A stretch of DNA of 64,000 bases, from the NCBI GenBank assembly GCA_965248355.1, contig OZ252098.1, positions 1,056,001 through 1,120,000 on the forward strand, written 5' to 3'. Source of the stretch: Candidatus Latescibacterota bacterium. GTDB taxonomy: Bacteria; Latescibacterota; UBA2968; UBA8231. A program made the translations under genes and the position numbers. Position 1 is the stretch's first letter, and each line of letters starts with the position of its first letter. Below are positions 10,562 to 19,939 of the stretch, piece after piece. Below the pieces are notes generated by a model, which was not told the DNA's origin, did not search any database, and saw only the letters and a program-made list of their open reading frames with translations.

Positions 10562-11128
10562 TCAACGCTCTCCTCCGTACTGAACGGCGCACTCTATCCG
10601 GTATGGCTCCAGACTCTTCCTGCCCTCGAGAGGCCTGATCTCGACGAGGAAGGAGAGCCCCACGATGCGGGCGCCGAGGGACTCCACGAGGCGGCAGGCG
10701 GCGCGGGCGGTCCCTCCGGTAGCCAATACGTCGTCGAGGATGAGGACGCCGTCCCCGGGCCGCAGCGCGTCCCGGTGGACCTCGATCACGGACCGGCCGT
10801 ACTCGAGCTCATACTCCTCCCGGATCGCCTCCCGGGGCAGCTTTCCCTGCTTGCGGATGGGCACGAAACCGGCCCCGAGACAAGCGGCCACGGCCGGCCC
10901 GAGAAGGAAGCCCCGGGCCTCGATCCCGGCGACGTAGCCGACTCCGCTCTCGGCGAAGGGGGCCGCCAAGGCATCGACGGCGGCCTGCAAGCCGTGAGGG
11001 TGACCCAGGAGCGGCGTGATGTCGCGAAAGACCACGCCCGCCTTCGGAAAGTCGGGCACGTCCCGGATGAGGGACCGCAGGTCGGTTCCGATCTCTTCGA
11101 GTGTCCCATGGGGGATGGAGGATCGCAC
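10562..11128 (-). CDS. apt: Adenine phosphoribosyltransferase
   Basis: IRDVPDFPKAGVVFRDIT, GIEARGF, RKQGKLP, LDDVLATGGT. Confidence 0.97.
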   Translation of the reverse strand: MRSSIPHGTLEEIGTDLRSLIRDVPDFPKAGVVFRDITPLLGHPHGLQAAVDALAAPFAESGVGYVAGIEARGFLLGPAVAACLGAGFVPIRKQGKLPREAIREEYELEYGRSVIEVHRDALRPGDGVLILDDVLATGGTARAACRLVESLGARIVGLSFLVEIRPLEGRKSLEPYRIECAVQYGGER

Positions 11129-11134
11129 GTCAGG

Positions 11135-11296
11135 TCAGAACAGGCTATAGATGAAGGGGGCCAGCGCCGGGCCCTCGGTGAGCACGACCAGCGAACCCAG
11201 CAGGAAGAGGGTGACGAAGATCGGTCCCAGCCACCACTTCTTGCGCACCTTCAGGAAGGACCACAGCTCCCACGCCCGTCCAGGCCGGCCCGTCAC
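11135..11296 (-). CDS. Small membrane protein, DUF5989-like (53 aa, absent from ORF track)
   Basis: VTGRPGRAWELWSFLKVRKKWWLGPIFVTLFLLGSLVVLTEGPALAPFIYSLF; purine-rich RBS upstream. Confidence 0.85.
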   Translation of the reverse strand: MTGRPGRAWELWSFLKVRKKWWLGPIFVTLFLLGSLVVLTEGPALAPFIYSLF

Positions 11297-11315
11297 TTTC
11301 TTCCCTCTTCCCCTC

Positions 11316-12260
11316 TCAACTCAGAAGACGGCTCACCGACTCGCCGTGGTGAATAGCCTTGATCGCGTCCCCGAAGAGGCGCGCCACGGAGATGGTCTCG
11401 ATCTTGGGCGAGGTCTGTCCGGGTGGCAGGGGTATGGTGTTCGTCTTGACGAAGACCTCCACCGGGGAGTCGTCGATCCTCGCCAGGGCATCGCCGGAGA
11501 ACACGCCGTGCGTGCAGCCGGCCATGATGCGCTTCGCTCCCCGCTCCTTCAGCAAGCGGATGGCCTCCATCATCGAGCCACCTGTGAGCACCTCGTCGTC
11601 GAAGATCAGGGCGTCCCGTCCGTCGATGTCGCCGATCACGGTGAGAATCTCGGCCATCTCGTCGTCGGCGTGACGGCGCTTGTCCATGATGGCCAGGGGC
11701 AGGTCGAGACGATGGGCGTAGAAGCTGGCCTCGGTAGCCGAGCCGACGTCCGGGGACACGACCACGGCCCGTCCCAGGTCCTTCGTCTGCAGCAGGTGAT
11801 CGCAGATCAGGTTCGTCGCCCACAGCTGATCGACGGGGATGCGGGAGAAGGCGGCGATCTGGGGCGAGTGCAAGGTCATGGTGAGGATCCGGTTCGCCCC
11901 TGCCGTCTCGAGCAGATCGGCCACCAGGCGGGCGCTGATCGAGATCCGTGGCTCGTCCTTCTTGTCGGAGCGCACGTAGGGATAATAGGGCAGTACGGCC
12001 GTGATCCGGCGGGCCGAGGCGTATTTCAAGGCGTCGATCAGCAGCAGCAGCTCGATGAAGTGGTCGTTCACCGGCGAGCAGGAGGTCTGGATGACGAAGA
12101 CATCGTCCTCGCGGACATTCTCCTCCACCCGCACCTTGATGCTGTCGTTCGGCGTCCTCTCGAAGCTCACGCGTCCCGGCGGACAGTCGAGATAGGCGCA
12201 GATCTCCCCGGCGAGCTCGCGATTGCTCGACCCGGACATGATCTTGAGGTAGTTCTTCAT
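11316..12260 (-). CDS. prs: Ribose-phosphate pyrophosphokinase
   Basis: [37 protein letters not shown]. Start at ATG 12260. Confidence 0.95.
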   Translation of the reverse strand: MKNYLKIMSGSSNRELAGEICAYLDCPPGRVSFERTPNDSIKVRVEENVREDDVFVIQTSCSPVNDHFIELLLLIDALKYASARRITAVLPYYPYVRSDKKDEPRISISARLVADLLETAGANRILTMTLHSPQIAAFSRIPVDQLWATNLICDHLLQTKDLGRAVVVSPDVGSATEASFYAHRLDLPLAIMDKRRHADDEMAEILTVIGDIDGRDALIFDDEVLTGGSMMEAIRLLKERGAKRIMAGCTHGVFSGDALARIDDSPVEVFVKTNTIPLPPGQTSPKIETISVARLFGDAIKAIHHGESVSRLLS

Positions 12261-13294
12261 CCCAGGGAGCGCGCCACTTCCTTGGCGAAGTAGGTGAGTA
12301 TCAGGTCGGCGCCGGCCCGCTTGATGGCGACCAGAACCTCGTCGCGGACGCGGATCTCGTCGATCCAGCCGCGCTCGGCGGCGGCCTTGATCATGGCGTA
12401 CTCGCCGCTGACGTTGTACGCCGCCAGGGGCGCGTCGAAGCGGGCGCGGGCGGCGCGCAGGACATCGAGGTAGGCCAGGGCGGGCTTGACCATGACCACG
12501 TCCGCCCCCTCCTCCAGGTCGAGGGAGATCTCCCGAAGGGCTTCGCGAACGTTGGGCGGATCCATCTGGTACCCCCGCCGGTCGCCGAATCCGGGCGCCG
12601 AACCGGCCGCTTCGCGGAAGGGACCGTAGAAGGCGGAGGCGTACTTCGCCGCATAGGACATGATGGGCACCTCGGCGTGTCCGGCGCGGTCGAGGGCGCT
12701 GCGAATGGCGCCGACGCGGCCGTCCATCATGTCCGAGGGAGCCACGATGTCGGCGCCGGCGGCGGCGTAGACCACGGCCTCGCGGGCCAGCAACTCCACG
12801 GTGCGGTCGTTGTCGACCTGGCCGTCGATGATCACGCCGCAGTGGCCGTGGTCGGTGTACTCGCACAGACAGACATCGGCCAGGACCAGCAGGTCGAGGC
12901 CGGCCTCGCCGATGGCCGTGATCGCCCGGGGGATGATCCCCTCCGGGTCGTACCCCGGGCTGCCGACTCCGTCCTTGGAGTCGGGGATGCCGAAGAGGAT
13001 GACCGCGGGTATGCCCGCATCCACGGCCTCCCGGCACTCCTCCACGAGCACGTCCACCGACATCCGGGCCACTCCCGGCATGGCCTCGATCTCCTGCCGG
13101 ACGCCCCGGCCCGGGCAGGTGAACAGGGGCAGGATGAGATCCTCGCGCCGGACGTGGTGCTCCCGCACCATGGTGCGCAGCAGGCCGCTGCTTCGCAGCC
13201 GCCGGGGCCGGCTCGCCGCCGCCGAGGAACCGGCTTCGGGCCGCTCGCGGAGCTCTGTGAGGGGATCGACGATCGTGGCCATGGAGCCGCTCAC
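12257..13294 (-). CDS. hemB: Porphobilinogen synthase
   Basis: [20 protein letters not shown] (Zn site), [21 protein letters not shown]. Confidence 0.97.
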   Translation of the reverse strand: MSGSMATIVDPLTELRERPEAGSSAAASRPRRLRSSGLLRTMVREHHVRREDLILPLFTCPGRGVRQEIEAMPGVARMSVDVLVEECREAVDAGIPAVILFGIPDSKDGVGSPGYDPEGIIPRAITAIGEAGLDLLVLADVCLCEYTDHGHCGVIIDGQVDNDRTVELLAREAVVYAAAGADIVAPSDMMDGRVGAIRSALDRAGHAEVPIMSYAAKYASAFYGPFREAAGSAPGFGDRRGYQMDPPNVREALREISLDLEEGADVVMVKPALAYLDVLRAARARFDAPLAAYNVSGEYAMIKAAAERGWIDEIRVRDEVLVAIKRAGADLILTYFAKEVARSLG

Positions 13295-14487
13295 ACCCTG
13301 TCGAAGGCCTGCTGGAGGTCGGCGATCAGGTCCTCCGCGTCCTCGATGCCGACACTGTACCGGACGAGCTCGTCGGTGATCCCGATGGCGAGCCGGTCGG
13401 GCCGGCTCAGGTCCGAGTAGGAGATGGTCGCCGGATGACTCACCAGGCTCTCCACCCCACCGAGACTGGGAGCCAGGTAGGGCAGCCGCAACTGGTGGAC
13501 GAAGGTCCGCGTGCGCTCGAGGTCGCCGTCGATGTCGAAGCTGACCACCCCTCCGAATCCCTTCATCTGGCGCGCGGCCACGGCGTGGTCGGGATGACTG
13601 GCCAGCCCCGGATAGAACACCCTGCGGACCTTGGAGTGCCCCTCGAGGAAACGGGCGATCCGGAGGGCGGTCTGGTTCTGCTGCTGCATGCGCAGGGCCA
13701 GCGTCTTGAGGCCCCGGATCAGCAGGTAGGCGGTGTTGGGATCGGAGTTGGTGCCGATGACGTCGCGGAACTCCTTGATCGCCCGCACCATGGGAGCCTT
13801 GCCGCAGACGCTGCCGGCCATCAGGTCGTTGTGTCCGCCCAGGTACTTGGTGGCGCTGTGGAACACGAGGTCGGCGCCGAACTCGAGGGGACGCTGGTTG
13901 ACCGGCGTGGCGAAGGTGCTGTCGATGAGAAGACGCAGCCGGTGCCCCTTGGCGAAGGGCACGAGCTTGTCGAGATCGGCCACGTGCAGGTGCGGGTTGG
14001 TAGGCGACTCGGAAAAGAGCACGCGGGTCTCCTTGCGGACGGCCGCTTCGAGCGCGTCGAAGTCGCCCGGGGCCACGCCGGAGCAGCCGATGCCGAATTT
14101 CCCGAGAAGCTCGCAGAGCTGCACGGTACGGCGGTAGCAGTCCTCCATGATCACGAGGTGCTGCCCGCTGCGCATCATGGCCAGCAGAACCGTGGTGATG
14201 GCGCTCATGCCGGAGGAGAACAACAGGGCCTCTTCGGCCCCGTCGAGGGCGGCGAGCTTGACCTCGGCGGCGCGGATCGTGGGATTGCCGTAGCGACCGT
14301 ACTCGAAATGGGGGCGCCTGCCCTGCTTGTATTCCTCGAACTCGTCGAGACTGTCGAATACGTAGGTCGCCGTCTGGGCGATCGGCGTGGTCACCGACCG
14401 GGCGTGCTTGCGGCGCGCCTCGCCGCCGTGGACCGCCCAGGTGGATGGACCGCCCGCGGCGGCCGGCGAGGAATCTTCTTCGCTCAT
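13291..14487 (-). CDS. metB: Cystathionine gamma-synthase, plant-like type
   Basis: [45 protein letters not shown]. Confidence 0.85.
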   Translation of the reverse strand: MSEEDSSPAAAGGPSTWAVHGGEARRKHARSVTTPIAQTATYVFDSLDEFEEYKQGRRPHFEYGRYGNPTIRAAEVKLAALDGAEEALLFSSGMSAITTVLLAMMRSGQHLVIMEDCYRRTVQLCELLGKFGIGCSGVAPGDFDALEAAVRKETRVLFSESPTNPHLHVADLDKLVPFAKGHRLRLLIDSTFATPVNQRPLEFGADLVFHSATKYLGGHNDLMAGSVCGKAPMVRAIKEFRDVIGTNSDPNTAYLLIRGLKTLALRMQQQNQTALRIARFLEGHSKVRRVFYPGLASHPDHAVAARQMKGFGGVVSFDIDGDLERTRTFVHQLRLPYLAPSLGGVESLVSHPATISYSDLSRPDRLAIGITDELVRYSVGIEDAEDLIADLQQAFDRV

Positions 14488-14494
14488 CGGTCGT

Positions 14495-15832
14495 TCAGGC
14501 GTACACGGAGTCGAGGGTTTCGAGGACGGTCCGGCGGACCTGCTCGATATCGGCGGCGACCTCCACCGGCCGGTTGGCATGACTCGGCGTGACGTGGAAT
14601 TCGCCCAGTCGATCCTCGTGGTAACCCACCTTGAAGTCAGGAAACTTGAGGCCCAGGGCGGTGGAGAGCACCACGACACGGCTGTCGCGGGCAATGGTCC
14701 CCCGGGCGATCAGCTTCTCCAGCGCTGCCAGGGCGACGCCTGTGTGCGGGCAGGTGAACAGGCCGCTGCGGTCCGCCCGTGCGCAGGCGTCGGCCAACTC
14801 GGCCTCGGTCGCCTCTTCGACGACACCGTGGAAGCGACGCATGACGCGAATCGCCCGCTCCCAGCTGACCGGATCGCCGATGCGGATCGCCGAGGCCAGG
14901 GTGTCGGAGGCCTCGACGGGTTCGAAGGACTCGAAGCCCCCTTGATAGCTGCGGTAGAGGGGATCGGCGTTCCGGGCCTGGGCCACCGCCAGGCCCGGGA
15001 GCCGGTCGATCATGCCCATCTGCTGCATCTCCAGAAAGCCCTTTCCCAAGGCGCTCACGTTCCCGAGGTTGCCTCCCGGGATGACGATCCAGTCGGGGAC
15101 GATCCAGTCGAACTGCTGCAGCAGCTCGATGCCGACCGTCTTCTGTCCTTCGATCCTCAGCGAGTTCATCGAGTTGGCCAGATAGACGTTCTCGCTCTTG
15201 ACGAGCTCGCGCACCAGGCGCATGCAGCCGTCGAAGTCGGTCCGGATCGACAGGGTCAGGGCGCCGTTGGCGATCGGCTGGATCAGCTGCGACACGGAGA
15301 TCTTGTCCTTGGGCAACAGGACGATCACGGGGATGCCGGCCGCCGCTCCATAGGCCGCCAGGGAGGCCGAGGTATCCCCCGTGGAGGCGCAGGCGATGGC
15401 GGGGATCGCCTGTCCGTCAGCCCGCATCTGCTTGACCATGGACACGAGCACCGTCATGCCGAGGTCCTTGAAGGACCCCGTGTGGCTGTTGCCGCATTGC
15501 TTGATCCACAACTCCCCGACGCCCATCTCGTCGCCGAGGCGCTCGGCCCAGAACAGGTTGCTGCCCCCCTCGTAGATGGAGACCACGTTCCCGTCCTCCA
15601 CGGCGGGACAGACCATCTCCTTCTTGCCCCACACCCCGCTCCCGTAGGGCCACACGGTGCCCATGTAGCGCTGGTCGAACAGGCGCCGCCACTCGGTCCC
15701 GGGCCGCCGGCCCAGGGCCTCCAGGTCATGGACGACCTCGAACAGCCCGCCGCACTCGCACTCGTAGATCACCTCGTCGAGGTCGCGGCGGCTGCCGCAA
15801 CGGATACACTCGAACCAGGCCTCGTAGTCCAA
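14495..15832 (-). CDS. thrC: Threonine synthase, plant-like type
   Basis: WPYGSGVWGKKE, SHTGSFKDLGMTVL, CASTGDTSA, PGGNLGN, CPHTGVAL. TTG start inferred. Confidence 0.93.
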   Translation of the reverse strand: MDYEAWFECIRCGSRRDLDEVIYECECGGLFEVVHDLEALGRRPGTEWRRLFDQRYMGTVWPYGSGVWGKKEMVCPAVEDGNVVSIYEGGSNLFWAERLGDEMGVGELWIKQCGNSHTGSFKDLGMTVLVSMVKQMRADGQAIPAIACASTGDTSASLAAYGAAAGIPVIVLLPKDKISVSQLIQPIANGALTLSIRTDFDGCMRLVRELVKSENVYLANSMNSLRIEGQKTVGIELLQQFDWIVPDWIVIPGGNLGNVSALGKGFLEMQQMGMIDRLPGLAVAQARNADPLYRSYQGGFESFEPVEASDTLASAIRIGDPVSWERAIRVMRRFHGVVEEATEAELADACARADRSGLFTCPHTGVALAALEKLIARGTIARDSRVVVLSTALGLKFPDFKVGYHEDRLGEFHVTPSHANRPVEVAADIEQVRRTVLETLDSVYA

Positions 15833-15882
15833 TCGGTCGTCCGAGCGAAGTGGAGGGGTGCGGGGGGGCAAGGGGCCCAAAA

Positions 15883-15911
15883 AAACTACCGCAGGGGTCC
15901 ACCGGCGGCAA
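15883..15911 (-). promoter_or_regulatory. Sigma70 promoter for thrC operon
   Basis: TTGCCG-17 bp-TAGTTT on the minus strand. Confidence 0.55.
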
Positions 15912-16031
15912 GGATATAACCCACACCGGGCAAAGGACATGGAACCGGCCACGTAGCTCCGGATGGAGAGGGAGACGTTCCCGAACCTCTCCGCCAGATG
16001 AACGGACCGGCCCCTGTCGGTAAGCGCCGCG

Positions 16032-16544
16032 TCAGTCTCGCAGACGGCGCAGGAGCAATGGCATGGCACCTGCGGCGACAATGGTCTCCGGCACCATGTA
16101 GCTGCAGTTGTAGAGGAGGGAGTACTTCCACACCGGCGTTCCTTCCGGGGCCAGTTGGCCAAAGTAGACGATGCCGGACAGGACATGGCTTGCCAGCCGT
16201 ACCAGGCTGGCGCCGGCCACGGCCGTGACGATGACCAGGGAGCCGCTCCTGCGGGAGGCCATCAGGCCGGCCAGGCCCAGGCTGCCGAAGGCCGCGGGAT
16301 AGTCCAGGATGAGTTGCACCGGGTGCACGAAGTACGGAGTCATGGCGAAGTTCACGAACCCGTACGCGGCCCCGGCCAGGATGCCGGCGCGGGGGCCCCG
16401 TCTCAGCGCCAGAAAGAACAGGGGCAGCGTGTGCAGGCTCACGGATCCGCCGTACACGAGGTGAGGCAGCTTGATGCGGAGCAGGCTCAGAACCGCGGCA
16501 AGGGCGATGGCGACGGCGGTCTCGGCGGCGGGTCGGGTCCTCAC
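16032..16544 (-). CDS. thiT: ECF-type thiamine transporter S component ThiT
   Basis: GGSVSL...LRRGPRAGILAG, HPVQLILDYP, HVLSGIVYF, YSLLYN. Confidence 0.85.
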   Translation of the reverse strand: MRTRPAAETAVAIALAAVLSLLRIKLPHLVYGGSVSLHTLPLFFLALRRGPRAGILAGAAYGFVNFAMTPYFVHPVQLILDYPAAFGSLGLAGLMASRRSGSLVIVTAVAGASLVRLASHVLSGIVYFGQLAPEGTPVWKYSLLYNCSYMVPETIVAAGAMPLLLRRLRD

Positions 16545-16571
16545 GAAAGACCTCTGCGATTGTGCAAGGAG

Positions 16572-16587
16572 TTGGCACGAATGCTGC
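16572..16587 (+). promoter_or_regulatory. Sigma54 (-24/-12) promoter candidate
   Basis: TTGGCACGAATGCTGC with GG-N10-GC spacing. Confidence 0.6.
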
Positions 16588-16598
16588 CTCAGGCCTCT

Positions 16599-16720
16599 CT
16601 GCTGGAACAGGGGAACCCGTCGGCCCCGAGCGGCTTCCAACGGGGGCGGGCCATCCCGGTCTTGGCTCGCGCACCTCCCTGGCGGCCGGAGGCGGTTTCT
16701 CGTCTCCGGCCGCACTCGTT
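16599..16720 (+). ncRNA. Candidate sigma54-dependent small RNA
   Basis: Intergenic, antisense to both neighbours; lies between the -24/-12 motif and a 13-bp hairpin; carries CACCTCCCT. Confidence 0.4.
16682..16713. terminator. GC-rich hairpin, terminator-like
   Basis: GCGGCCGGAGGCG-GTTTCT-CGTCTCCGGCCGC; weak U tract on the + strand. Confidence 0.6.
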
Positions 16721-16732
16721 CTGCCCCGGGGA

Positions 16733-17788
16733 TCAGTTCAGGCGCTGCAGCAGCATGTAGCCCTGGGCGATACGTATCGGACCGCTCACCCCCCCGACCT
16801 CCAGGTCCAGCACGCTGCCCTCGACCTGGGGGAGCATCTCTCCGGGCCCGAAGAAGCCGAGGTCGCCGCCTTCCCGGGCGTTCGGGGCCTGGGAGAACCT
16901 CACGGCCAGTTCCCCGAAGTCGTCCCCGGCCTCCAGCTTCTGCAGGATATCGAGGGCCTGAGCCTCGGTCGGCACGAGGATGAAGCGAGCGCGCATCTTG
17001 CCGTCCAGGATCGCCCGGATAGCCTCCATGTTGAGATGGATGGCATGCTGGAGATTCGGGTCCCGGGCCAGGGCCTTGGTCTTTGCGTACCACTCAAGGG
17101 CTTCGGGGTACCGCTTCTGAGCGGCCAGCAGGTAGGCCATGTTGTTGTGTGACTCCACGTCGTCGGGAACCAGTTCGAGCGCCATGTGATAGTGCACGAG
17201 GGCGCTGTCCGGCTTCCCCGTGTGTGTGTGGTACAGGGCCAGCAACCGGTGCGCGTGAGGATTGCGGTTGTCCAGCGAGAGTGCGGTGTCGAGCTGGGCG
17301 CGGGCGGCGGCCAGGTCCCGGGCCTGCAGGTGCAGGAAGGCGAGCTGGGAGCGCACACCCGAATGGCCCGGGGCCAGGTCCAGCGCCTGGTGCACGTAGT
17401 ACAGGGCGGAGTCGAGCCGGCCAACGGCCAGGAAGGCGTCGTTCAGCATGGAATAGACCGGAAGTTGCGAGGGCTGCTCCTGCAGGGATCGACGCAGCAG
17501 TTGAACGGCCCGCTCTCCGTTTCCCTTGATGAGGTAGAGCTCGGCGATCCGGTTCAGGACCTGGGCGCTGCCGGCTCCCTCTTTCAGGGCCTGCTCGTAG
17601 CGAAGCAGCGACTGGTCGAGCTGACCGCGGCGGGCTAGGCCTTCGGCCTCCTTCACCAGTTGCACCAGCCTGGGCTCTTCGTCCTCAGCCGCGCTGTCCT
17701 CCGCCCGCGCAAGGACCAGCACGAGCCCCGCCAGCAGGACAAGGGCCCCGGGCCCGGCGGCCCGAGCGGCGCCATGCAATCCGGTCAC
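16733..17788 (-). CDS. Exported TPR protein with parvulin-type PPIase domain
   Basis: Signal peptide, several TPRs, FGELAVRFS...GGDLGFF. Confidence 0.88.
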   Translation of the reverse strand: MTGLHGAARAAGPGALVLLAGLVLVLARAEDSAAEDEEPRLVQLVKEAEGLARRGQLDQSLLRYEQALKEGAGSAQVLNRIAELYLIKGNGERAVQLLRRSLQEQPSQLPVYSMLNDAFLAVGRLDSALYYVHQALDLAPGHSGVRSQLAFLHLQARDLAAARAQLDTALSLDNRNPHAHRLLALYHTHTGKPDSALVHYHMALELVPDDVESHNNMAYLLAAQKRYPEALEWYAKTKALARDPNLQHAIHLNMEAIRAILDGKMRARFILVPTEAQALDILQKLEAGDDFGELAVRFSQAPNAREGGDLGFFGPGEMLPQVEGSVLDLEVGGVSGPIRIAQGYMLLQRLN

Positions 17789-17804
17789 CGACCCACCTCC
17801 ACCA

Positions 17805-18572
17805 TCAACCGCCTTTCGACTGGAGCCTGCGCACGACCTCCCGGGTGATCCGCTCCACGAGGTCCGCCGAGGAGCTTCCGTCGTCCGGGGCGCAACCTGG
17901 CCGACCGCTGATTCCGAACCGGGCGCGCAGCTCGATCAGCTCGCGTACTTGATCGCTGTCGAGGGTATTCGTGGCGCCCAGCTGCCGCGAGACGAGGACG
18001 ATCCGGGCGAAGTGCTCGACCGTCTCCATCTTGAAGTGGGCCTCCTGCACCGACTTGCCGAGGGTAACGGCGCCGTGATTGGCCATCAGCACGGCATCGT
18101 ACTTCACCAGCAGCGGACGCATGGGCTCGAAGATATCGGGGCCACCGGGTGTGCCGTAGGGGGCGAGGGGCACACCGCCGAGGAGTACGATCACCTCGGG
18201 CAGGACACATTCGGTCAACTCGAGGCCCGCCACGGCAAAGCCGGTGGCCGTGGGGGGGTGCGCGTGGACCACGGCGGCCACGTCCGGCCGCAACCGGTAG
18301 GCCTCCAGATGCATGCGGATCTCCGAGGAGATCTTCATCGGGCCCGAGACCTGGGTCCCGTCCATGTCACAGGTGGCCAGCATCTCCTCGGTGAGGAATC
18401 CCTTGCTGACCCCTGTGGGTGTGCACAGGATCCGGTCGACGCCGAGCCGGGCCGACAGGTTGCCGTCGTTGGCGGCGACGAATCCGCGCTGATAGATCCG
18501 GCGCCCCATCTCGCAGATCTCGCGGCGGGCGGCGAAGGCGGAGGAGGCGGCGGCTACGGGATCAGCGGGCAT
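17805..18572 (-). CDS. Class II aldolase with C-terminal BMC encapsulation peptide
   Basis: DGNLSAR, SSEIRMH, VVHAHPP, ANHG; tail SADLVERITREVVRRL. Confidence 0.9.
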   Translation of the reverse strand: MPADPVAAASSAFAARREICEMGRRIYQRGFVAANDGNLSARLGVDRILCTPTGVSKGFLTEEMLATCDMDGTQVSGPMKISSEIRMHLEAYRLRPDVAAVVHAHPPTATGFAVAGLELTECVLPEVIVLLGGVPLAPYGTPGGPDIFEPMRPLLVKYDAVLMANHGAVTLGKSVQEAHFKMETVEHFARIVLVSRQLGATNTLDSDQVRELIELRARFGISGRPGCAPDDGSSSADLVERITREVVRRLQSKGG

Positions 18573-19461
18573 GGGCCGGCCCCATGACGGGCAGGAGCGA
18601 CCAGCGGGCCTGCCCGAGGACGATCAGGCCGGCGAGGCCCGGGACGACGACGTTTACGGCGCACAGCAGCAGCGAGGCCTGAACAGCCACGGCCGGCTGC
18701 ACTCCGGCCAGGCCGAGGACGGCGACGGCCGCCGACTCGCGCACCCCCAGATCGAGGAAGCTGATGGGCAGCAGGGTCTTGAGCGCGAACACGGCGGGCA
18801 CGCTCCAGATGACGGAGGAGGGCAAGGGACCGGCAGCCAGCAACAGCAGATGGAACTGGAGGAAGAATACAAGATTGAACATCACCGAACCGGTGATGCC
18901 CGCAGCCCAGTCTCGAGCCGGCAGGGCGCGCACCACCTCGAGCCGCCGTGGCCGCATCCTGCGCAGGAGGAGCCATCCGCCCCCGGCGATCCCAGCCACG
19001 GAGGCGCCGCCCCCCAGGATCCAGGCACCCCGGACCTCGGGGATCACCGCCGCCGCGGCCATGGCGCCCGCCAGCAGGGTTACCCCGGCCGAGAGCAGCC
19101 GATCGACGAGGGCCAGCTGAGTGGCGGCCATCCTCCGCCCCGGCAGCACCAGCCCCCGGCCCAGCTCACCGAGCCGGCCGGGGGTGAGCAGCCCAAGGCC
19201 GAAGCCGGCCAGCAGCGAGCGCAGCGCCGCGGCGCTGGAGACCTCGGGAGCCGCCGTCCGCAGCAGGACTCGCCACTTCCACCACTGCAGGGAGAGACCG
19301 ACCGGCAGCAGGGCCAGGGCCGCGCCTGCGAAGCGGAGGTCTAGCCCGGCCACGGTGCGCAGCAACTCCCGGGGCGACGTGGTCAGGCCGATGACGGCGG
19401 CCAACAAGCCGACGCCGACGACGATCCTGATGGATGTCGTGGAGAGGACTCCCGGCCGCAT
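18562..19461 (-). CDS. Lysylphosphatidylglycerol synthase TM / flippase-like protein (UPF0104)
   Basis: WKWRVLL, LTPGRLGELGR, LPISFLDLGVRE; multi-TM. Confidence 0.85.
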   Translation of the reverse strand: MRPGVLSTTSIRIVVGVGLLAAVIGLTTSPRELLRTVAGLDLRFAGAALALLPVGLSLQWWKWRVLLRTAAPEVSSAAALRSLLAGFGLGLLTPGRLGELGRGLVLPGRRMAATQLALVDRLLSAGVTLLAGAMAAAAVIPEVRGAWILGGGASVAGIAGGGWLLLRRMRPRRLEVVRALPARDWAAGITGSVMFNLVFFLQFHLLLLAAGPLPSSVIWSVPAVFALKTLLPISFLDLGVRESAAVAVLGLAGVQPAVAVQASLLLCAVNVVVPGLAGLIVLGQARWSLLPVMGPAHAR

Positions 19462-19754
19462 CAGGGGCCGGGCCTGGTCTGGACGGAGGAGCTCAGCAGC
19501 GGCTCGAGGGATGGGTGCGGTCTCGGAATCACGTGGACGGCGATGACCTCCCCCACGGCGCGAGCGGCCCGCTCCCCGGCCTCGGTGGCCGCGCGCACGG
19601 CGCCCACGTCTCCACGCACCAGGGCGGTGATCAGGCCCCCGCCGATGGGGTGCCAGCCCTGGACCTCCACCTCTGCCGTCTTGACCATGGCGTCACTGGC
19701 CTCGATCAGGGCCACCAAGCCACGGGTCTCGATCATCCCGAGGGCCTCGCCCAT
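19461..19754 (-). CDS. Bacterial microcompartment hexamer shell protein (BMC-H)
   Basis: [10 protein letters not shown]...DAMVK...VRGDVGAV...VHVIPRPH. Confidence 0.96.
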   Translation of the reverse strand: MGEALGMIETRGLVALIEASDAMVKTAEVEVQGWHPIGGGLITALVRGDVGAVRAATEAGERAARAVGEVIAVHVIPRPHPSLEPLLSSSVQTRPGP

Positions 19755-19939
19755 GGCGGATAACATTCTCGGAGAAAAGGACTTGCAGGGCCCTGGCAGG
19801 GCCGCGGATCAACCGGCAGATAATCGTCCCGCCCCCACGATGGGTCAAGCGACCCGGCCGGATCCCGGATTGACAGGCCCGTGCGAGGCGGGATAGCTTG
19901 CGCCCGGCTGTCCGTGCGATCCGCAGAAAGGACCGGCCC

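Noticed and set aside
15833..16031. Possible SAM riboswitch or attenuator upstream of thrC-metB
   Set aside because: No SAM-I core elements or Thr-rich leader peptide visible; only a promoter-like motif.
16545..16732. TPP riboswitch upstream of thiT
   Set aside because: Conserved CTGAGA and ACCTGA-type elements not found on the minus strand.
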